A stretch of DNA of 64,000 bases from Lentimicrobiaceae bacterium (GCA_018001695.1 JAGNHN010000006.1:12358-76357), one strand, 5' to 3'. Counted from the first letter of the stretch, positions 29,737 through 40,154 are shown. A program made the numbers and translations. Notes: a model not told the origin generated them from the letters alone.

Positions 29737-30609
29737 TTATCCAATGATATGACTGCTCAGGAGGTGCTGCATCAGTTCTTCGATATCCTCATCACTGGCA
29801 GTAATGACCCTGGATTCTTTTTGCTGAAAGACCACGTTCTCGATTTTCTTAACCTTGGTAGGTGAGCCTCCGAGGCCTACTTTATCCTCTTCAGCTTTGA
29901 TTTCCATGGCACCCCATTCATCGATGAGAAGGTAAGGCCTGCTGTTGTAGAGTTCTGTATAGTCTTTGGTCTCCTCCTGCAGTTCTGTCAGGGTACGAGC
30001 ATGTTTATAGATCATTACCTGGCGGGCTATTCTGGCGCGGCAGCGGGGTGCTGAGCTATGTACGGTTACGGCAAGCGGCAGGTTTCCTTTGACGGTTTCA
30101 ACGCCATTTTCCAGCCTTCTCTTGATTGTAACAGATTGTTGATCAACATCAATGATCTCTTCAGCGTAGGTGATTTGCGGCAGGTTCAGTTTTTCGGCCG
30201 TCTGCGGTCCTACCTGGGCGGTATCACCGTCGATGGCTTGACGGCCAGCGATGAGAAGGTGATAGGGCTCCAGCTGCCGGATAGCCTGTGACAGCACATA
30301 AGAGGTGGCAAGGGTGTCAGATCCGGCGAATTTTCGGTCGGTGATGAGATATCCCTTATCTGCGCCTCTGTAGATAGCTTCACGGATGATTTCTGCGGCC
30401 CGGGAAGGTCCCATGGTAAGCACAATCACCTCGGCATCCCCCATTCTGTCCTTCACACGCAGGGCCAGTTCCAGGGCATTCAGGTCCTCCGGATTGAAGA
30501 CTGCAGGCAGTGCACCACGGTTCACGGTGCCATCCGCCTTCATGGCATCCTTGCCTACATTGCGGGTATCAGGTACCTGCTTTGCCAATAGAATGATACG
30601 AAAACTCAT
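29737..30609 (-). CDS. etfB: Electron transfer flavoprotein beta subunit
   Basis: KQVPDT, NPEDLNALE, FAGSDTLATS, GRQAIDGDTAQVGP. Confidence 0.95.
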   Translation of the reverse strand: MSFRIILLAKQVPDTRNVGKDAMKADGTVNRGALPAVFNPEDLNALELALRVKDRMGDAEVIVLTMGPSRAAEIIREAIYRGADKGYLITDRKFAGSDTLATSYVLSQAIRQLEPYHLLIAGRQAIDGDTAQVGPQTAEKLNLPQITYAEEIIDVDQQSVTIKRRLENGVETVKGNLPLAVTVHSSAPRCRARIARQVMIYKHARTLTELQEETKDYTELYNSRPYLLIDEWGAMEIKAEEDKVGLGGSPTKVKKIENVVFQQKESRVITASDEDIEELMQHLLSSHIIG

Positions 30610-30643
30610 AGATAGATAATTGATGTATTTTCAGGTAAGATGG

Positions 30644-30651
30644 CAAAAATA
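30644..30651 (-). promoter_or_regulatory. -7 promoter box for etfB-etfA-acd operon
   Basis: CAAAAATA on + equals TATTTTTG on -. Confidence 0.55.
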
Positions 30652-30713
30652 CAACAATCGCCTGAAGTTACAAGGGTGCTGGTGTGAAAGGCGACATCCA
30701 GACCAATTATACC

Positions 30714-30721
30714 TACCTTTG
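30714..30721 (+). promoter_or_regulatory. -7 promoter box for TonB-C domain gene
   Basis: TACCTTTG, 6 nt before ATG 30728. Confidence 0.5.
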
Positions 30722-30727
30722 TATGGT

Positions 30728-31192
30728 ATGAGAAAGAAGGACGACAGCAAGCCACAACGGGATAAGAAATTCCTGGCCTTACCGGAATATCCGGGCGGGA
30801 AGGAGGCCCTACAGGCGTTTATCCGTACACACCTGCGATATCCGGAGGAAGCCTTGTCCAGGAAGATAGAAGGAACAGTGCATGTTCAGTACTGGGTTGA
30901 TGGGCAGGGAAGGGTTTCTGAAGCCGAGGTTACGCATGGTATCGGTGGTGGTTGTGATGAAGAAGCCCTGCGGGTGATCAGCATGCTCAGATATGGGAAA
31001 GTCAAGAACCGTGGCCTGAAGGTCAAAGCCTCCATGAAGACACGGATTGAATTTAAATTGCCGGCTCAGCCTGCCCTTCAATTTCATTACACAACCCAGG
31101 CTACAAAGCAAAAAACAGGAGATCCTCAACCTGCAAGGCCCAGTTACACCTATAGTATTCGCATACCTGGCCCGGATAAGCCGGTGAACTAG
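30728..31192 (+). CDS. Stand-alone TonB C-terminal domain protein
   Basis: PEYPGGKEAL...LRYPEEA...IEGTVHVQYWVD...GCDEEALRVI. The track's upstream extension overlaps the divergent promoters, so it was discarded. Confidence 0.8.
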   Translation: MRKKDDSKPQRDKKFLALPEYPGGKEALQAFIRTHLRYPEEALSRKIEGTVHVQYWVDGQGRVSEAEVTHGIGGGCDEEALRVISMLRYGKVKNRGLKVKASMKTRIEFKLPAQPALQFHYTTQATKQKTGDPQPARPSYTYSIRIPGPDKPVN

Positions 31193-31207
31193 CGTTAAGA
31201 AAGGATC

Positions 31208-32053
31208 TTACTTTGTATCGCAGTCTTCGCATTCATCCAGGCTCTGCTGGTAGACATACATGGCTCTTGCGCTCATCCCCATACTAGAGAATCCGCCATC
31301 ATGATAGAGATTCTGCATGGTTACCTTCTTTGTCAGGTCTGAAAACAGCGTAATAACATAGTCGGCGCATTCCTCTGCACTGGCATTTCCCAGGGGAGAC
31401 ATACGTTCTGTGAAGTCCATCAGACCGTCGATGCCTTTCACCCCACTGCCTGCTGTTGTCATGGTTGGTGACTGCGAGATAGTATTGATGCGGATTTTCT
31501 TCTCCCTGCCGTAGATATAACCAAAACTACGTGCAATGGATTCCAGGGTAGCTTTGGCATCGGCCATATCATTGTAGCGGAACAAGGTTCGCTGTGCAGC
31601 GATGTAAGACAAGGCTACGACAGAGCCCCATTCCCTGATAGCATCTAGTTTCCTGGCGGTTTGCAATATCTTGTGAAATGAAAGCGCAGAAATATCAAGC
31701 GTTTTCATGTAGTAGTCATAGTCCAGGTCATCGTAAGGCCGGCCTTTGCGAACGTTCAGAGACATCCCGATGGAATGCAGCACGAAGTCGATTTTACCGC
31801 CAAAATGCTCCTGGGTCTTTATGAATACATTTTCAATATCCTGAACTGAAGTGGCATCAGCAGGAATGACGATGCTGCCGCATTTTTCTGCAAGCTCCCC
31901 AACTGTTCCAAGGCGGATTGAGACGGGGGTATTGGATAGGGTAAACCGGGCGCCTTCTGCATGGGCTTTTTCCGCTACTTTCCATGCAATGCTCATATCG
32001 TTCAAAGCGCCAAAGATGATGCCAGTTTTTCCTTGAAGTAGATTGTATGCCAT
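31208..32053 (-). CDS. fabI: Enoyl-ACP reductase (NADH)
   Basis: GIIFGALNDMSIAWKVA, LHSIGMS, YNDMADAKATLE, INTISQSP. Confidence 0.95.
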   Translation of the reverse strand: MAYNLLQGKTGIIFGALNDMSIAWKVAEKAHAEGARFTLSNTPVSIRLGTVGELAEKCGSIVIPADATSVQDIENVFIKTQEHFGGKIDFVLHSIGMSLNVRKGRPYDDLDYDYYMKTLDISALSFHKILQTARKLDAIREWGSVVALSYIAAQRTLFRYNDMADAKATLESIARSFGYIYGREKKIRINTISQSPTMTTAGSGVKGIDGLMDFTERMSPLGNASAEECADYVITLFSDLTKKVTMQNLYHDGGFSSMGMSARAMYVYQQSLDECEDCDTK

Positions 32054-32067
32054 GTTATTGATTTTGA

Positions 32068-33735
32068 TTATGATTTGGATGAAAATTGCAGTAATTGCCT
32101 GGCCGCTTCTTTAGAGATGTCGCCAACCAATGGGCCGCTGATCATTTTGGATATTTCCTCCACTCTCTCCTGTTCGCTGGCCAGGCTCACTGTTGTATTG
32201 GTCTTTCCCTGATGGGATTCTTTCCTGACGATGAAATGAATCTTACCCCTGGAAGCAATCTGAGGAAGATGTGTTATTACAATCACTTGCATTCGCTGTC
32301 CCATACTTTCCAGCATCTCTGCCACTTTGTTGGCTGTCGTACCCGATACGCCAGTGTCTATTTCATCGAAGATGATGGTTGGCAGCAAATTGCGACTAGT
32401 GATACAAGACTTCATTGCCAGCATCAGCCTGGATCTTTCTCCGCCCGAGGCTACTTTCGCGAGTTCATTCAGGTTACCTCCTTTATTGGCATTAAAAAGG
32501 ATCTGGATGTTTTCATAACCTTGAATCGAAGGTTTTTCACGATTTATCAGCCGGATGGCAATCTCAGCATCTGGCATGCCCAATTCTGATAGCAAAGCCA
32601 GCAGGTTACTTTCAAAAGCGGGTGATGCGGCCTTTCTGGCCTCACCCAGGGCCGTGGCACTCCGATGAAAAAGCGCTCTAGCTGCAATCGTGTCTTCCCG
32701 CAACTGTTTTATTAACAATTCGTTGGAGTCATATTCCTGAAGTTCTTGCTGAAGCCGTGACTGGATAATCAGCAGATGATCTTCATCGCGTGCATCATGT
32801 TTCCGGAGCAGGTCGTAAACGAGACTTAGCCGCTCTTCCAATTGCTCTAACCGTTGCGGATCTTCTTCTATTTTATCCAGTAATCCCTGCATATCCCTTG
32901 CCAGGTCATCAAGTTCTATTCTGACAATTTCGAGCCTGTCGGACAGGAAGCGGGCTTCCTGGAGGTAACGCGCACATTGAGATAATCCCTGAGCAATGTG
33001 GGATAGCATGCCTTTTACATTGCTGTCTCCATCTTCCAGCAGGTTAATGGATCTCCATAGGCTGGCCTTGATTTCTTCCTGGTTTCTCAAGAGACTTATC
33101 TCTTCTTCCAGGTTGGCAGTCTCCCCTACCCTTAATCTGGCAGTATCCAGCTCATGATAGAGATAGGATTTATAATCAAGATCCCGCTGTGCGGTTTTTT
33201 CACGTAATTCCAGTTCAATCAGCCTGTTATTAAGAATATACCACTGCTGGTAATACTGTTGAACCTCAGCGACATGGTCTTTCAAACCTGCAAATTCATC
33301 CAGGAGTGCAAGTTGGACATCGGATTGGTTGATGGCCAATGTTTTATGCTGTGAGTGGATATCAACGAGTTGATCCCCCAGCGTTTTCATCACTGTCAGC
33401 GACACGGGAGAGTCGTTGATAAAAGCACGTGATTTTCCATTTGGATGGATCTCCCTGCGGAAGATGCTCAGGTCGGCATATTCGATGTCTTCTGACAGGA
33501 AGTAGGGTTCCAGTCCGTAATCACGGATGTCAAAATGACCCTCGACTATACAGCGCTCAGCCGGATTCTTCAGCACGTCTGTCTCAGCCCTTTTTCCCAG
33601 TATGAGTGCCAGTGCTCCCAAAAGGATAGATTTCCCTGTTCCGGTTTCACCTGTGATGACAGATAAACCACCATCAAACCCTAAGGTGAGCTCCTCAATC
33701 AAGGCATAATTCCGGATGTAGAGTTCCGTCAGCAT
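32068..33735 (-). CDS. recN: DNA repair protein RecN
   Basis: ITGETGTGKS Walker A, long coiled coil, ASGGERSR, IIFDEIDTG, VITHLPQIA. Confidence 0.97.
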   Translation of the reverse strand: MLTELYIRNYALIEELTLGFDGGLSVITGETGTGKSILLGALALILGKRAETDVLKNPAERCIVEGHFDIRDYGLEPYFLSEDIEYADLSIFRREIHPNGKSRAFINDSPVSLTVMKTLGDQLVDIHSQHKTLAINQSDVQLALLDEFAGLKDHVAEVQQYYQQWYILNNRLIELELREKTAQRDLDYKSYLYHELDTARLRVGETANLEEEISLLRNQEEIKASLWRSINLLEDGDSNVKGMLSHIAQGLSQCARYLQEARFLSDRLEIVRIELDDLARDMQGLLDKIEEDPQRLEQLEERLSLVYDLLRKHDARDEDHLLIIQSRLQQELQEYDSNELLIKQLREDTIAARALFHRSATALGEARKAASPAFESNLLALLSELGMPDAEIAIRLINREKPSIQGYENIQILFNANKGGNLNELAKVASGGERSRLMLAMKSCITSRNLLPTIIFDEIDTGVSGTTANKVAEMLESMGQRMQVIVITHLPQIASRGKIHFIVRKESHQGKTNTTVSLASEQERVEEISKMISGPLVGDISKEAARQLLQFSSKS

Positions 33736-33832
33736 GAAGGTATTGGTACTGTTGGCTTAAAATGGAAGCAGGCAGGCCCTTGCTCCAAGGTCAAATATAC
33801 AAAAGTCTATATGGAATTGCAGATCCCTTGCA

Positions 33833-34738
33833 TTATTGTCCCTGGGTAATCTTGCGATACGTATTGCTATTGGCTGGATCGATTTCCGACAATACATTGA
33901 CAGCCTTGGTTTTATCCATGGGTGAAGCCTGGGAATAGACATTGATCAGCTCATCTCTTTTTGCATCCAATACAAGTTGCAACAGGAACAAGCCAGGTTT
34001 TTCCCTGCTGGCCTTGCGCAATGATTCGAGGCTCTGGGTAATTTCCGTTCGACCCATTTCAACGTTTTCTGCCATCTGGTCCAATCCTGAGCGATGGTAG
34101 CGGTAGAGGAACTCACGGATGGGACTATAGGAGGAATTCAGCAGGTTTTCAGCGAGCCAATACCTGTTGCGCAGGCTCTCAAAGGCCTTCCAACCTCTTT
34201 CCTGAGCGTTTTGGGCTGCATTGACGACATTCTGTGCCTTCTCATAGAACTGGCTACCACCATTCATGGAATAGGAGTCGAAATCAAGACCAAGCATGAT
34301 ATAACAATAGTATGCTATGACACTTGTAAGATTGGAGGTGTGTGTATTGTCTTGAAAATCAAGCGTCTCATATTCTACATAACGGAAGGTAAAATCCCGG
34401 TCAATATAATTGAGAAGCACGGAGTTATAGCTTGTACGGTAGATGGGTCTGCGAAGCTGGACGTTGATAGTAGCTTTAAATTCATCCGTGGAGATCCTTT
34501 CCTGGATGGTAATCATCATCGTACATTCGATGCGTTCCTCGACCTTGAAATTATAATTTGTCCATTTTTTCTGGTTCACAAACTCATAAAGAGCCGTCTG
34601 CAGAGTTTGGTAGATGTTGCGGTCGGTACCTTGAATCTGAGGTGTAGATACCGAAATAGAGCAATTAAATTCCTGGGCCCTGCTCCAGGATGTGGCCAAT
34701 AAAGTGGCCATTATGACAAGGATGATGCGGTTGATCAT
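33833..34738 (-). CDS. porD: DUF4835 family protein (T9SS component PorD)
   Basis: AQEFNCSISV N-terminus, GLDFDS, NRYWL; conserved position between coaBC and recN. Confidence 0.8.
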   Translation of the reverse strand: MINRIILVIMATLLATSWSRAQEFNCSISVSTPQIQGTDRNIYQTLQTALYEFVNQKKWTNYNFKVEERIECTMMITIQERISTDEFKATINVQLRRPIYRTSYNSVLLNYIDRDFTFRYVEYETLDFQDNTHTSNLTSVIAYYCYIMLGLDFDSYSMNGGSQFYEKAQNVVNAAQNAQERGWKAFESLRNRYWLAENLLNSSYSPIREFLYRYHRSGLDQMAENVEMGRTEITQSLESLRKASREKPGLFLLQLVLDAKRDELINVYSQASPMDKTKAVNVLSEIDPANSNTYRKITQGQ

Positions 34739-34754
34739 AATGGAAAATTTATTC

Positions 34755-35957
34755 TTACTTGCTGGCTGTCAGTTTCTCGCGAATCAAATCGACGATTTTC
34801 TCTGACAGTTCTGTTTTCAGCATTTTGGGAAGATGAAAGGATTCCCCGTATTTGGTATAGATGCTGACAACATTGGTATCAACGCCGAAACCGGCGCCTT
34901 CATTGCCCAGTGAATTGAGAATGATCATATCCAGGTTCTTGGATCTCAGCTTTTGAAGGGCATTCTCCTCCTCATTGTCTGTTTCGAGGGCAAAGCCGGC
35001 CACAAAGGCAGCATCGCGGCTGTTTTTGGACAATGCGCTGAGGATATCCATGGTGGGTGTCAGCGGCAATGCAGTATGCTGAGAAGCTTTCTTGATTTTA
35101 TGAGCAACAGGTTCACTGGGTGTATAGTCTGCAACGGCGGCAGCCATCACAATGATATCTGCTTTAGTGTACTGCATGCATGCCTCATACATTTCCGCTG
35201 CTGTTGTGACAGAAATCAGCTGAATTCCAGGCATATGCGTTTTTCTTTCTACCGGGCCTGAAACCAGGTGAACCAGAGCTCCGCGGCTTGCCAGCGTTTC
35301 CGCGATGGCATATCCCATGAGTCCCGAACTATGATTGCTGATAAACCTGACCGGGTCAATGGGTTCCTGGGTGGGTCCGGCGGTAACGAGGGCAGTATAG
35401 CCAGCCAGGTCCTTTTCAGTGAGGCCATACCTCAGTATCTCCAGCATGATTTCGGGTTCTTCCATCCTACCGGCTCCACACAAGCCTGAGGCAAGCTCAC
35501 CGACCTGGGGTTCGATTAGCTTGCATCCCATGGCCTCCAGTGACTTGATATTCTGCTGGGTCGCGGGATGATGGAACATATCCAGGTCCATGGCAGGTGC
35601 AAAGTACACCGGACATTTGGCTGACAGGAAGGTCGTCAGGAGAAAGTTGTCTGCAATACCATGGGCCATCTTTGCTAAGGTATTGGCTGATGCTGGCGCA
35701 ACAAGCATCAGATCAGCCCACCTGCCGAGGTCGACATGACTATTCCATGATCCATCCACCGGGTCAAAGGGCTCTGTCAGTACCGGATTTTTGGACAAGG
35801 TAGAAAGGGTCAGTGGTGTCACAAAATCCCTGGCCGAAGGCGTCATAGCGATTCTGACCTCTGCCCCCTCTTTGATGAGCAGTCGAACGAGCAGAGGTAT
35901 CTTGTAGGCAGCAATGCTACCCGTGATACCCAGCAGAATGTGTTTCCCCTTCAACAT
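34755..35957 (-). CDS. coaBC: Bifunctional phosphopantothenoylcysteine decarboxylase/ligase
   Basis: LGITGSIAAYK, APASANT, APAMD, GRMEEP, TAGPTQEPIDPVRFISNHSSG, AAVADY. Confidence 0.97.
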   Translation of the reverse strand: MLKGKHILLGITGSIAAYKIPLLVRLLIKEGAEVRIAMTPSARDFVTPLTLSTLSKNPVLTEPFDPVDGSWNSHVDLGRWADLMLVAPASANTLAKMAHGIADNFLLTTFLSAKCPVYFAPAMDLDMFHHPATQQNIKSLEAMGCKLIEPQVGELASGLCGAGRMEEPEIMLEILRYGLTEKDLAGYTALVTAGPTQEPIDPVRFISNHSSGLMGYAIAETLASRGALVHLVSGPVERKTHMPGIQLISVTTAAEMYEACMQYTKADIIVMAAAVADYTPSEPVAHKIKKASQHTALPLTPTMDILSALSKNSRDAAFVAGFALETDNEEENALQKLRSKNLDMIILNSLGNEGAGFGVDTNVVSIYTKYGESFHLPKMLKTELSEKIVDLIREKLTASK

Positions 35958-35962
35958 CAGTA

Positions 35963-36301
35963 TCAGAAGCCGTCTTTCTGGCTTTCCTTGACTGGATTAC
36001 GATGATAAATCTTGTCTTCCAGGAACTCCTGGATGGCCATCAACGTGGGTTTGGGAAGTTTCTCGTAGTATTTGGCGATCTCGATCTGCTCTTTGTTCTC
36101 GAATACTTCTTCCAGATTATCTGAACTCGAAGAGAATTCGGAGATCTTCTTATTGAGCTCCTCTTTCAGGTCGAGACCTATTTGATTAGCCCGTTTGGCA
36201 AGGATGACAACAGTTTCATAAACATTGCCGGTTCCTTTGGTAAAATCCTGCATTCTCCGGGTTACAGCCGTCGATTCTGTCTTGATCTTCTTGATTTCCA
36301 T
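35963..36301 (-). CDS. rpoZ: DNA-directed RNA polymerase subunit omega (Bacteroidota type)
   Basis: TGNVYETVVILAKRANQI...EQIEIAKYYEKLPKPT; conserved bamD-rpoZ-coaBC order. Confidence 0.9.
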   Translation of the reverse strand: MEIKKIKTESTAVTRRMQDFTKGTGNVYETVVILAKRANQIGLDLKEELNKKISEFSSSSDNLEEVFENKEQIEIAKYYEKLPKPTLMAIQEFLEDKIYHRNPVKESQKDGF

Positions 36302-36337
36302 ATAATGATGATAAAATGAAAACGAGATTATGAACGA

Positions 36338-37123
36338 TTACACTGAGGGTATTGTCTTGTGGAGGTTTTGCGCTTCCCTGATCATTTTGCTGTCGGGAAA
36401 AGTGGTGATGAATGTAATGTAAGCATCCCGGGCACCTGAAAATCGCTCTGCCTGCTTATCAGGGATGCTGCGTTGTGCATAAAATACATAGGACCTGAAA
36501 ATGTCAAAAAGGATCTGCTCCCTGTACTTCGTCCCCGGAAAATCCTTCAGCACATTTTCATAAGAAACAATGGCCGCCTTGTACTCCTGCATTCGGAAAT
36601 ACATGCGGGCAATACGGTATTCTTTCTCTTCCAGCTTATTTCTCAATTCATCGATGAGCTGATTACAACGTGCCACTTTTTGGCTTTCCGGATATTGGTT
36701 AACAAACAGCTGAAGTTCGTTGATAGCCTCAAATGTGGGGGTCTGGTCAAGGGAATAGGCAGGAGACTCCTTGTATTTGCAATAAGCGCTCATGAAACTG
36801 GCTTCCTCGGCATATGGACTTGAGGGGAAATTTCTTGCAAATCGTTTAAAATAGTAGCTTGCCAGAACGTAATCGCCTTGTTCATAGTGGCTGTTGGCGT
36901 AGTAATAATGCATCAATTCTGCTTTCTCAGTACCTCTGACGATTGGAATGAGCTGATCAAACAACTGTAATGCCCTGTAGTAATCCCCTTGCTCATAGTA
37001 AGCCATGGCTTTGGTGTACTTCAGGTCGTTGTCGGTGCTTTTCAGCAGTTTCTGATATTTTCCGCATGAGACGGCGAAAAACAGCAGCAGGCCGGACAGA
37101 ATCAAGCGGTATTTTACATTCAT
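36338..37123 (-). CDS. bamD: Outer membrane protein assembly factor BamD (lipoprotein)
   Basis: Lipobox AVSC, TPR repeats, LDQTPT..AINELQLF..YP, LEEKEY..ARMY. Confidence 0.93.
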   Translation of the reverse strand: MNVKYRLILSGLLLFFAVSCGKYQKLLKSTDNDLKYTKAMAYYEQGDYYRALQLFDQLIPIVRGTEKAELMHYYYANSHYEQGDYVLASYYFKRFARNFPSSPYAEEASFMSAYCKYKESPAYSLDQTPTFEAINELQLFVNQYPESQKVARCNQLIDELRNKLEEKEYRIARMYFRMQEYKAAIVSYENVLKDFPGTKYREQILFDIFRSYVFYAQRSIPDKQAERFSGARDAYITFITTFPDSKMIREAQNLHKTIPSV

Positions 37124-37127
37124 GGCG

Positions 37128-37135
37128 CAAAAGTA
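37128..37135 (-). promoter_or_regulatory. -7 promoter box for bamD operon
   Basis: CAAAAGTA on + equals TACTTTTG on -, immediately upstream of the start codon. Confidence 0.6.
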
Positions 37136-37201
37136 AGCAATTTAGACTGATTCCGATAACGTCATGCGACTGGTGTGTATTGCCAGATTTCCATGCAATT
37201 T

Positions 37202-38539
37202 TTATGGTTGGAGCGCATTTTTATATGCAGATAGACAGCGATTTCTGGCCATATCATGGTCAACAATGGGTTTGGGATACTTTGGTGTGCCCCATTCGGG
37301 AACCCATTGCAGCACATATTTCAACTTGGAATCAAATTTCTTTTGTTGAGCTATGGGATTGAATATCCTGAAATATGGGGCTGCATCACAGCCGGTACCG
37401 GCAGCCCACTGCCAATTGCCATTATTGGAAGAAAGCTCATAATCAAGAAGATGCCTTGCAAACCAAGCCTCACCCCATTTCCAATCGATAAGCAGGTGTT
37501 TTGTGAGAAAACTTGCAGTCACCATTCTTACCCTGTTGTGCATAAATCCTGTTGAGATAAGTTCGCGCATACCGGCATCGACAAGCGGGAATCCAGTCTG
37601 CCCCCATTTCCATCGCTCAAAATCGACAGGGTCATTACGCCAGATGATCCGGTCAAAGGCAGGTTTGAAAGCATGATCAACAACGTTTGGATAATGCCAG
37701 AGTATGTGCATAAAGAATTCGCGCCAGATGAGTTCGTTAACCCATGTTTCGCTATTGGCTGCACCTGCCTGATATGCTTTGCGGATGCTATAGGTTCCGA
37801 AGCGCAGATGAGGTCCTATCATGCTTGTCCCCGGAACTCCTGGATAATCACGCTGTTGGGCATAATAGGAAAGCAAATCCGGATTTGGTTCCCAGATGAT
37901 GTCATTCACATCCTGGTAAGTAAACCCGAAGTGTTGAAGGGATGGTAAATCAACAGGTCTTGATTCTGCCAAAAGCCCTTTAAAAGAGGGTTGCTGCTGA
38001 GGAGCAATGCGTCTATGTTCAAGAATACTCTTCCATTTACGTTGAAAGGGTGTGTAAATGGTATAAGGCTCACCATTTTCCTTCAGTACAGCACCTGGCT
38101 TCATAAGGATTTGATCCTGAAAGAGATGAAGCATCTTACCATTTCTGGCCAGCAATGCTGAAACGGCCTGATCTCTTTTTCTGCCGTAAGGTTCGTAGTC
38201 TTCATTGGCGAACACATCACGGAAATTAGGGTTTGTGCTTAGATTCTCAAAAACATCAGCCGGTTTTCCATGGATGAGAAACAGCTTGCTTCCGACATCT
38301 CCTGCAGTGGTATTGATGCGCTTCAATGCATCGTAAATAAAAGAGACCCTCCGGTCGGAAGGTGTTTCAAGGTTATTCAGAATATCGGAATCGAAAATAA
38401 AGAGCAGGACTACCGGCAATCCGGCCTTCATGGCCTGGTTGAGGCCTGGATTATCATCAGTTCTGAGATCCCGCCTGAACCAGAACACATTGAAAGGCAC
38501 TACTGGCCAATCTTGCATTATACTGGTGCTGGTCATCAT
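37202..38539 (-). CDS. phrB: Deoxyribodipyrimidine photolyase (cryptochrome/photolyase family)
   Basis: WFRRDLRTDDN, ELIWREF, MHNRVRM, LLDYELSSNNGNWQW, PYFRIFNP. Confidence 0.93.
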   Translation of the reverse strand: MMTSTSIMQDWPVVPFNVFWFRRDLRTDDNPGLNQAMKAGLPVVLLFIFDSDILNNLETPSDRRVSFIYDALKRINTTAGDVGSKLFLIHGKPADVFENLSTNPNFRDVFANEDYEPYGRKRDQAVSALLARNGKMLHLFQDQILMKPGAVLKENGEPYTIYTPFQRKWKSILEHRRIAPQQQPSFKGLLAESRPVDLPSLQHFGFTYQDVNDIIWEPNPDLLSYYAQQRDYPGVPGTSMIGPHLRFGTYSIRKAYQAGAANSETWVNELIWREFFMHILWHYPNVVDHAFKPAFDRIIWRNDPVDFERWKWGQTGFPLVDAGMRELISTGFMHNRVRMVTASFLTKHLLIDWKWGEAWFARHLLDYELSSNNGNWQWAAGTGCDAAPYFRIFNPIAQQKKFDSKLKYVLQWVPEWGTPKYPKPIVDHDMARNRCLSAYKNALQP

Positions 38540-38766
38540 TGATTCATATTTATTTCGAAGGTAACACCTATTGATGTGATTGGTTCAGGAATTCTATCCT
38601 TGTTAGATACATTGGATTGAATAGATGTTATTGTAGCAACATGTCCAGTCCTTCGCTCCTTTTTGTATTTTTATTTCAGATTTCATTGAAAACAATGAAT
38701 GCAACTGATCTTTATTTCGCGTTGGCGTGAGCCATACAACCTGATACTGCTAATTGTAATAACGAC

Positions 38767-40095
38767 TTGTCTATGAATGTTAAAGAGTTGGTCCGGACGC
38801 TACTTAGTTATGCGAATTTTGACGGTGAAGTCGATGACATTGACAAGATTCACGAGACGATAGAAAAGGATCTGGTATTCAAAGGCACTAACCTGTGGAT
38901 TCTGGTCTTTGCCATTCTGGTCGCTGCGGTTGGATTGAACATGAACTCTACAGCTGTAATCATCGGGGCCATGCTTATTTCCCCGCTGATGGGTCCCATC
39001 AATGGTATGGGATACAGTATTGCCACATATAATTTTCCCTTATTCCGCAAGGCTGTGAAGAATTTTGGCTTTGCAGTAGGTGCCGGACTTGTTGCATCCA
39101 CGATGTATTTTTCAATCAGTCCGATCAGCACAGCTCATTCTGAATTACTGGCACGTACGAGTCCTACCATCTACGATGTGTTGATTGCATTTTTTGGTGG
39201 ATTGGCCGGGATCGTCGCCATCAGCAGCAAGCAAAAAGGTAATGTCATACCGGGTGTGGCCATTGCGACAGCGCTGATGCCACCATTGTGCACCGCAGGT
39301 TATGGATTGGCAACAGCCCAGTTCAGTTATTTCTTCGGTGCTTTGTACTTGTTCACTATCAATACTGTATTCATCGGCATCGCCGCCATGATCGTTTCGC
39401 AGATCCTGGAGTTTCCTATCCGCACGCTCATCGACACGAATCAGAAGAAGCAGGTGAACCGCTGGATCAGTGCCGTGATTATTATGGTTTTGATTCCCAG
39501 CATCTATTTTGGTTACAACCTGGTGGTAAAGGAACGTTTCATGGAAAATGCCAACCGCTTTATCAGGAATGTCAGTATTTATGAAGGGAATTATTTGTTA
39601 AAACATGAGATTAATCCTGATAAACAATTAATTACGCTAGTTTATGGAGGCTCAGATCTAACAGAAGAACAGAAGGCAAATCTCACTTACAGAGCGAATG
39701 ACTTTGATCTTGGAAGGGCAGAAATAAAGTTCCAACAGGGTCTTTCTTTTGATAACATTACCAAACGTACAGGCGAGCTCGAACAGCTGAAAGCCAAACT
39801 GCTGGAAGTATCGCAGCAATCATTGGAAAAAGACCGGAGGATAGACAGTCTGACCGCCCGTCATCATATGGGTACAGTTCTGCTCGAGGAGATACAGGCA
39901 TTTTACCCTTTCATCTCAGATTGCCTTTACACAGAATCTTATATGACGCATGGGGCAGACGGGTCCCAGGAAAAGATTGTGATTGTTGTGTTCTCTTTGG
40001 GTTCTAAGGACCTGGATCCGGCTGACAAGACGCGTATCAGGAGCTGGGTTCGCCAGCGGATAGATGCAGATCAGGTAAAGGTTTTCTTTGACTGA
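38767..40095 (+). CDS. DUF389 / TIGR00341 family membrane protein
   Basis: GLNMNSTAVIIGAMLISPLMGPI, RTSPTIYDVLIA, PGVAIATALMPPL. Confidence 0.9.
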   Translation: MSMNVKELVRTLLSYANFDGEVDDIDKIHETIEKDLVFKGTNLWILVFAILVAAVGLNMNSTAVIIGAMLISPLMGPINGMGYSIATYNFPLFRKAVKNFGFAVGAGLVASTMYFSISPISTAHSELLARTSPTIYDVLIAFFGGLAGIVAISSKQKGNVIPGVAIATALMPPLCTAGYGLATAQFSYFFGALYLFTINTVFIGIAAMIVSQILEFPIRTLIDTNQKKQVNRWISAVIIMVLIPSIYFGYNLVVKERFMENANRFIRNVSIYEGNYLLKHEINPDKQLITLVYGGSDLTEEQKANLTYRANDFDLGRAEIKFQQGLSFDNITKRTGELEQLKAKLLEVSQQSLEKDRRIDSLTARHHMGTVLLEEIQAFYPFISDCLYTESYMTHGADGSQEKIVIVVFSLGSKDLDPADKTRIRSWVRQRIDADQVKVFFD

Positions 40096-40154
40096 TTTTT
40101 TTCCACTACTCCAGGCACTCCCTGGAATACCCTATTTTTGCCCTGACCTTAGAC

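Noticed and set aside
21085-29747. Numerous 60-240 aa ORFs antisense or out of frame within gyrA, clpC, acd and etfA (for example 28667..29380 +)
   Set aside because: They are fully nested in well-supported conserved genes and have no motifs, as expected for shadow ORFs at this GC content.
30620-30727. N-terminal extension of the TonB-domain ORF
   Set aside because: It overlaps both divergent -7 boxes and shows no TM segment or homology.
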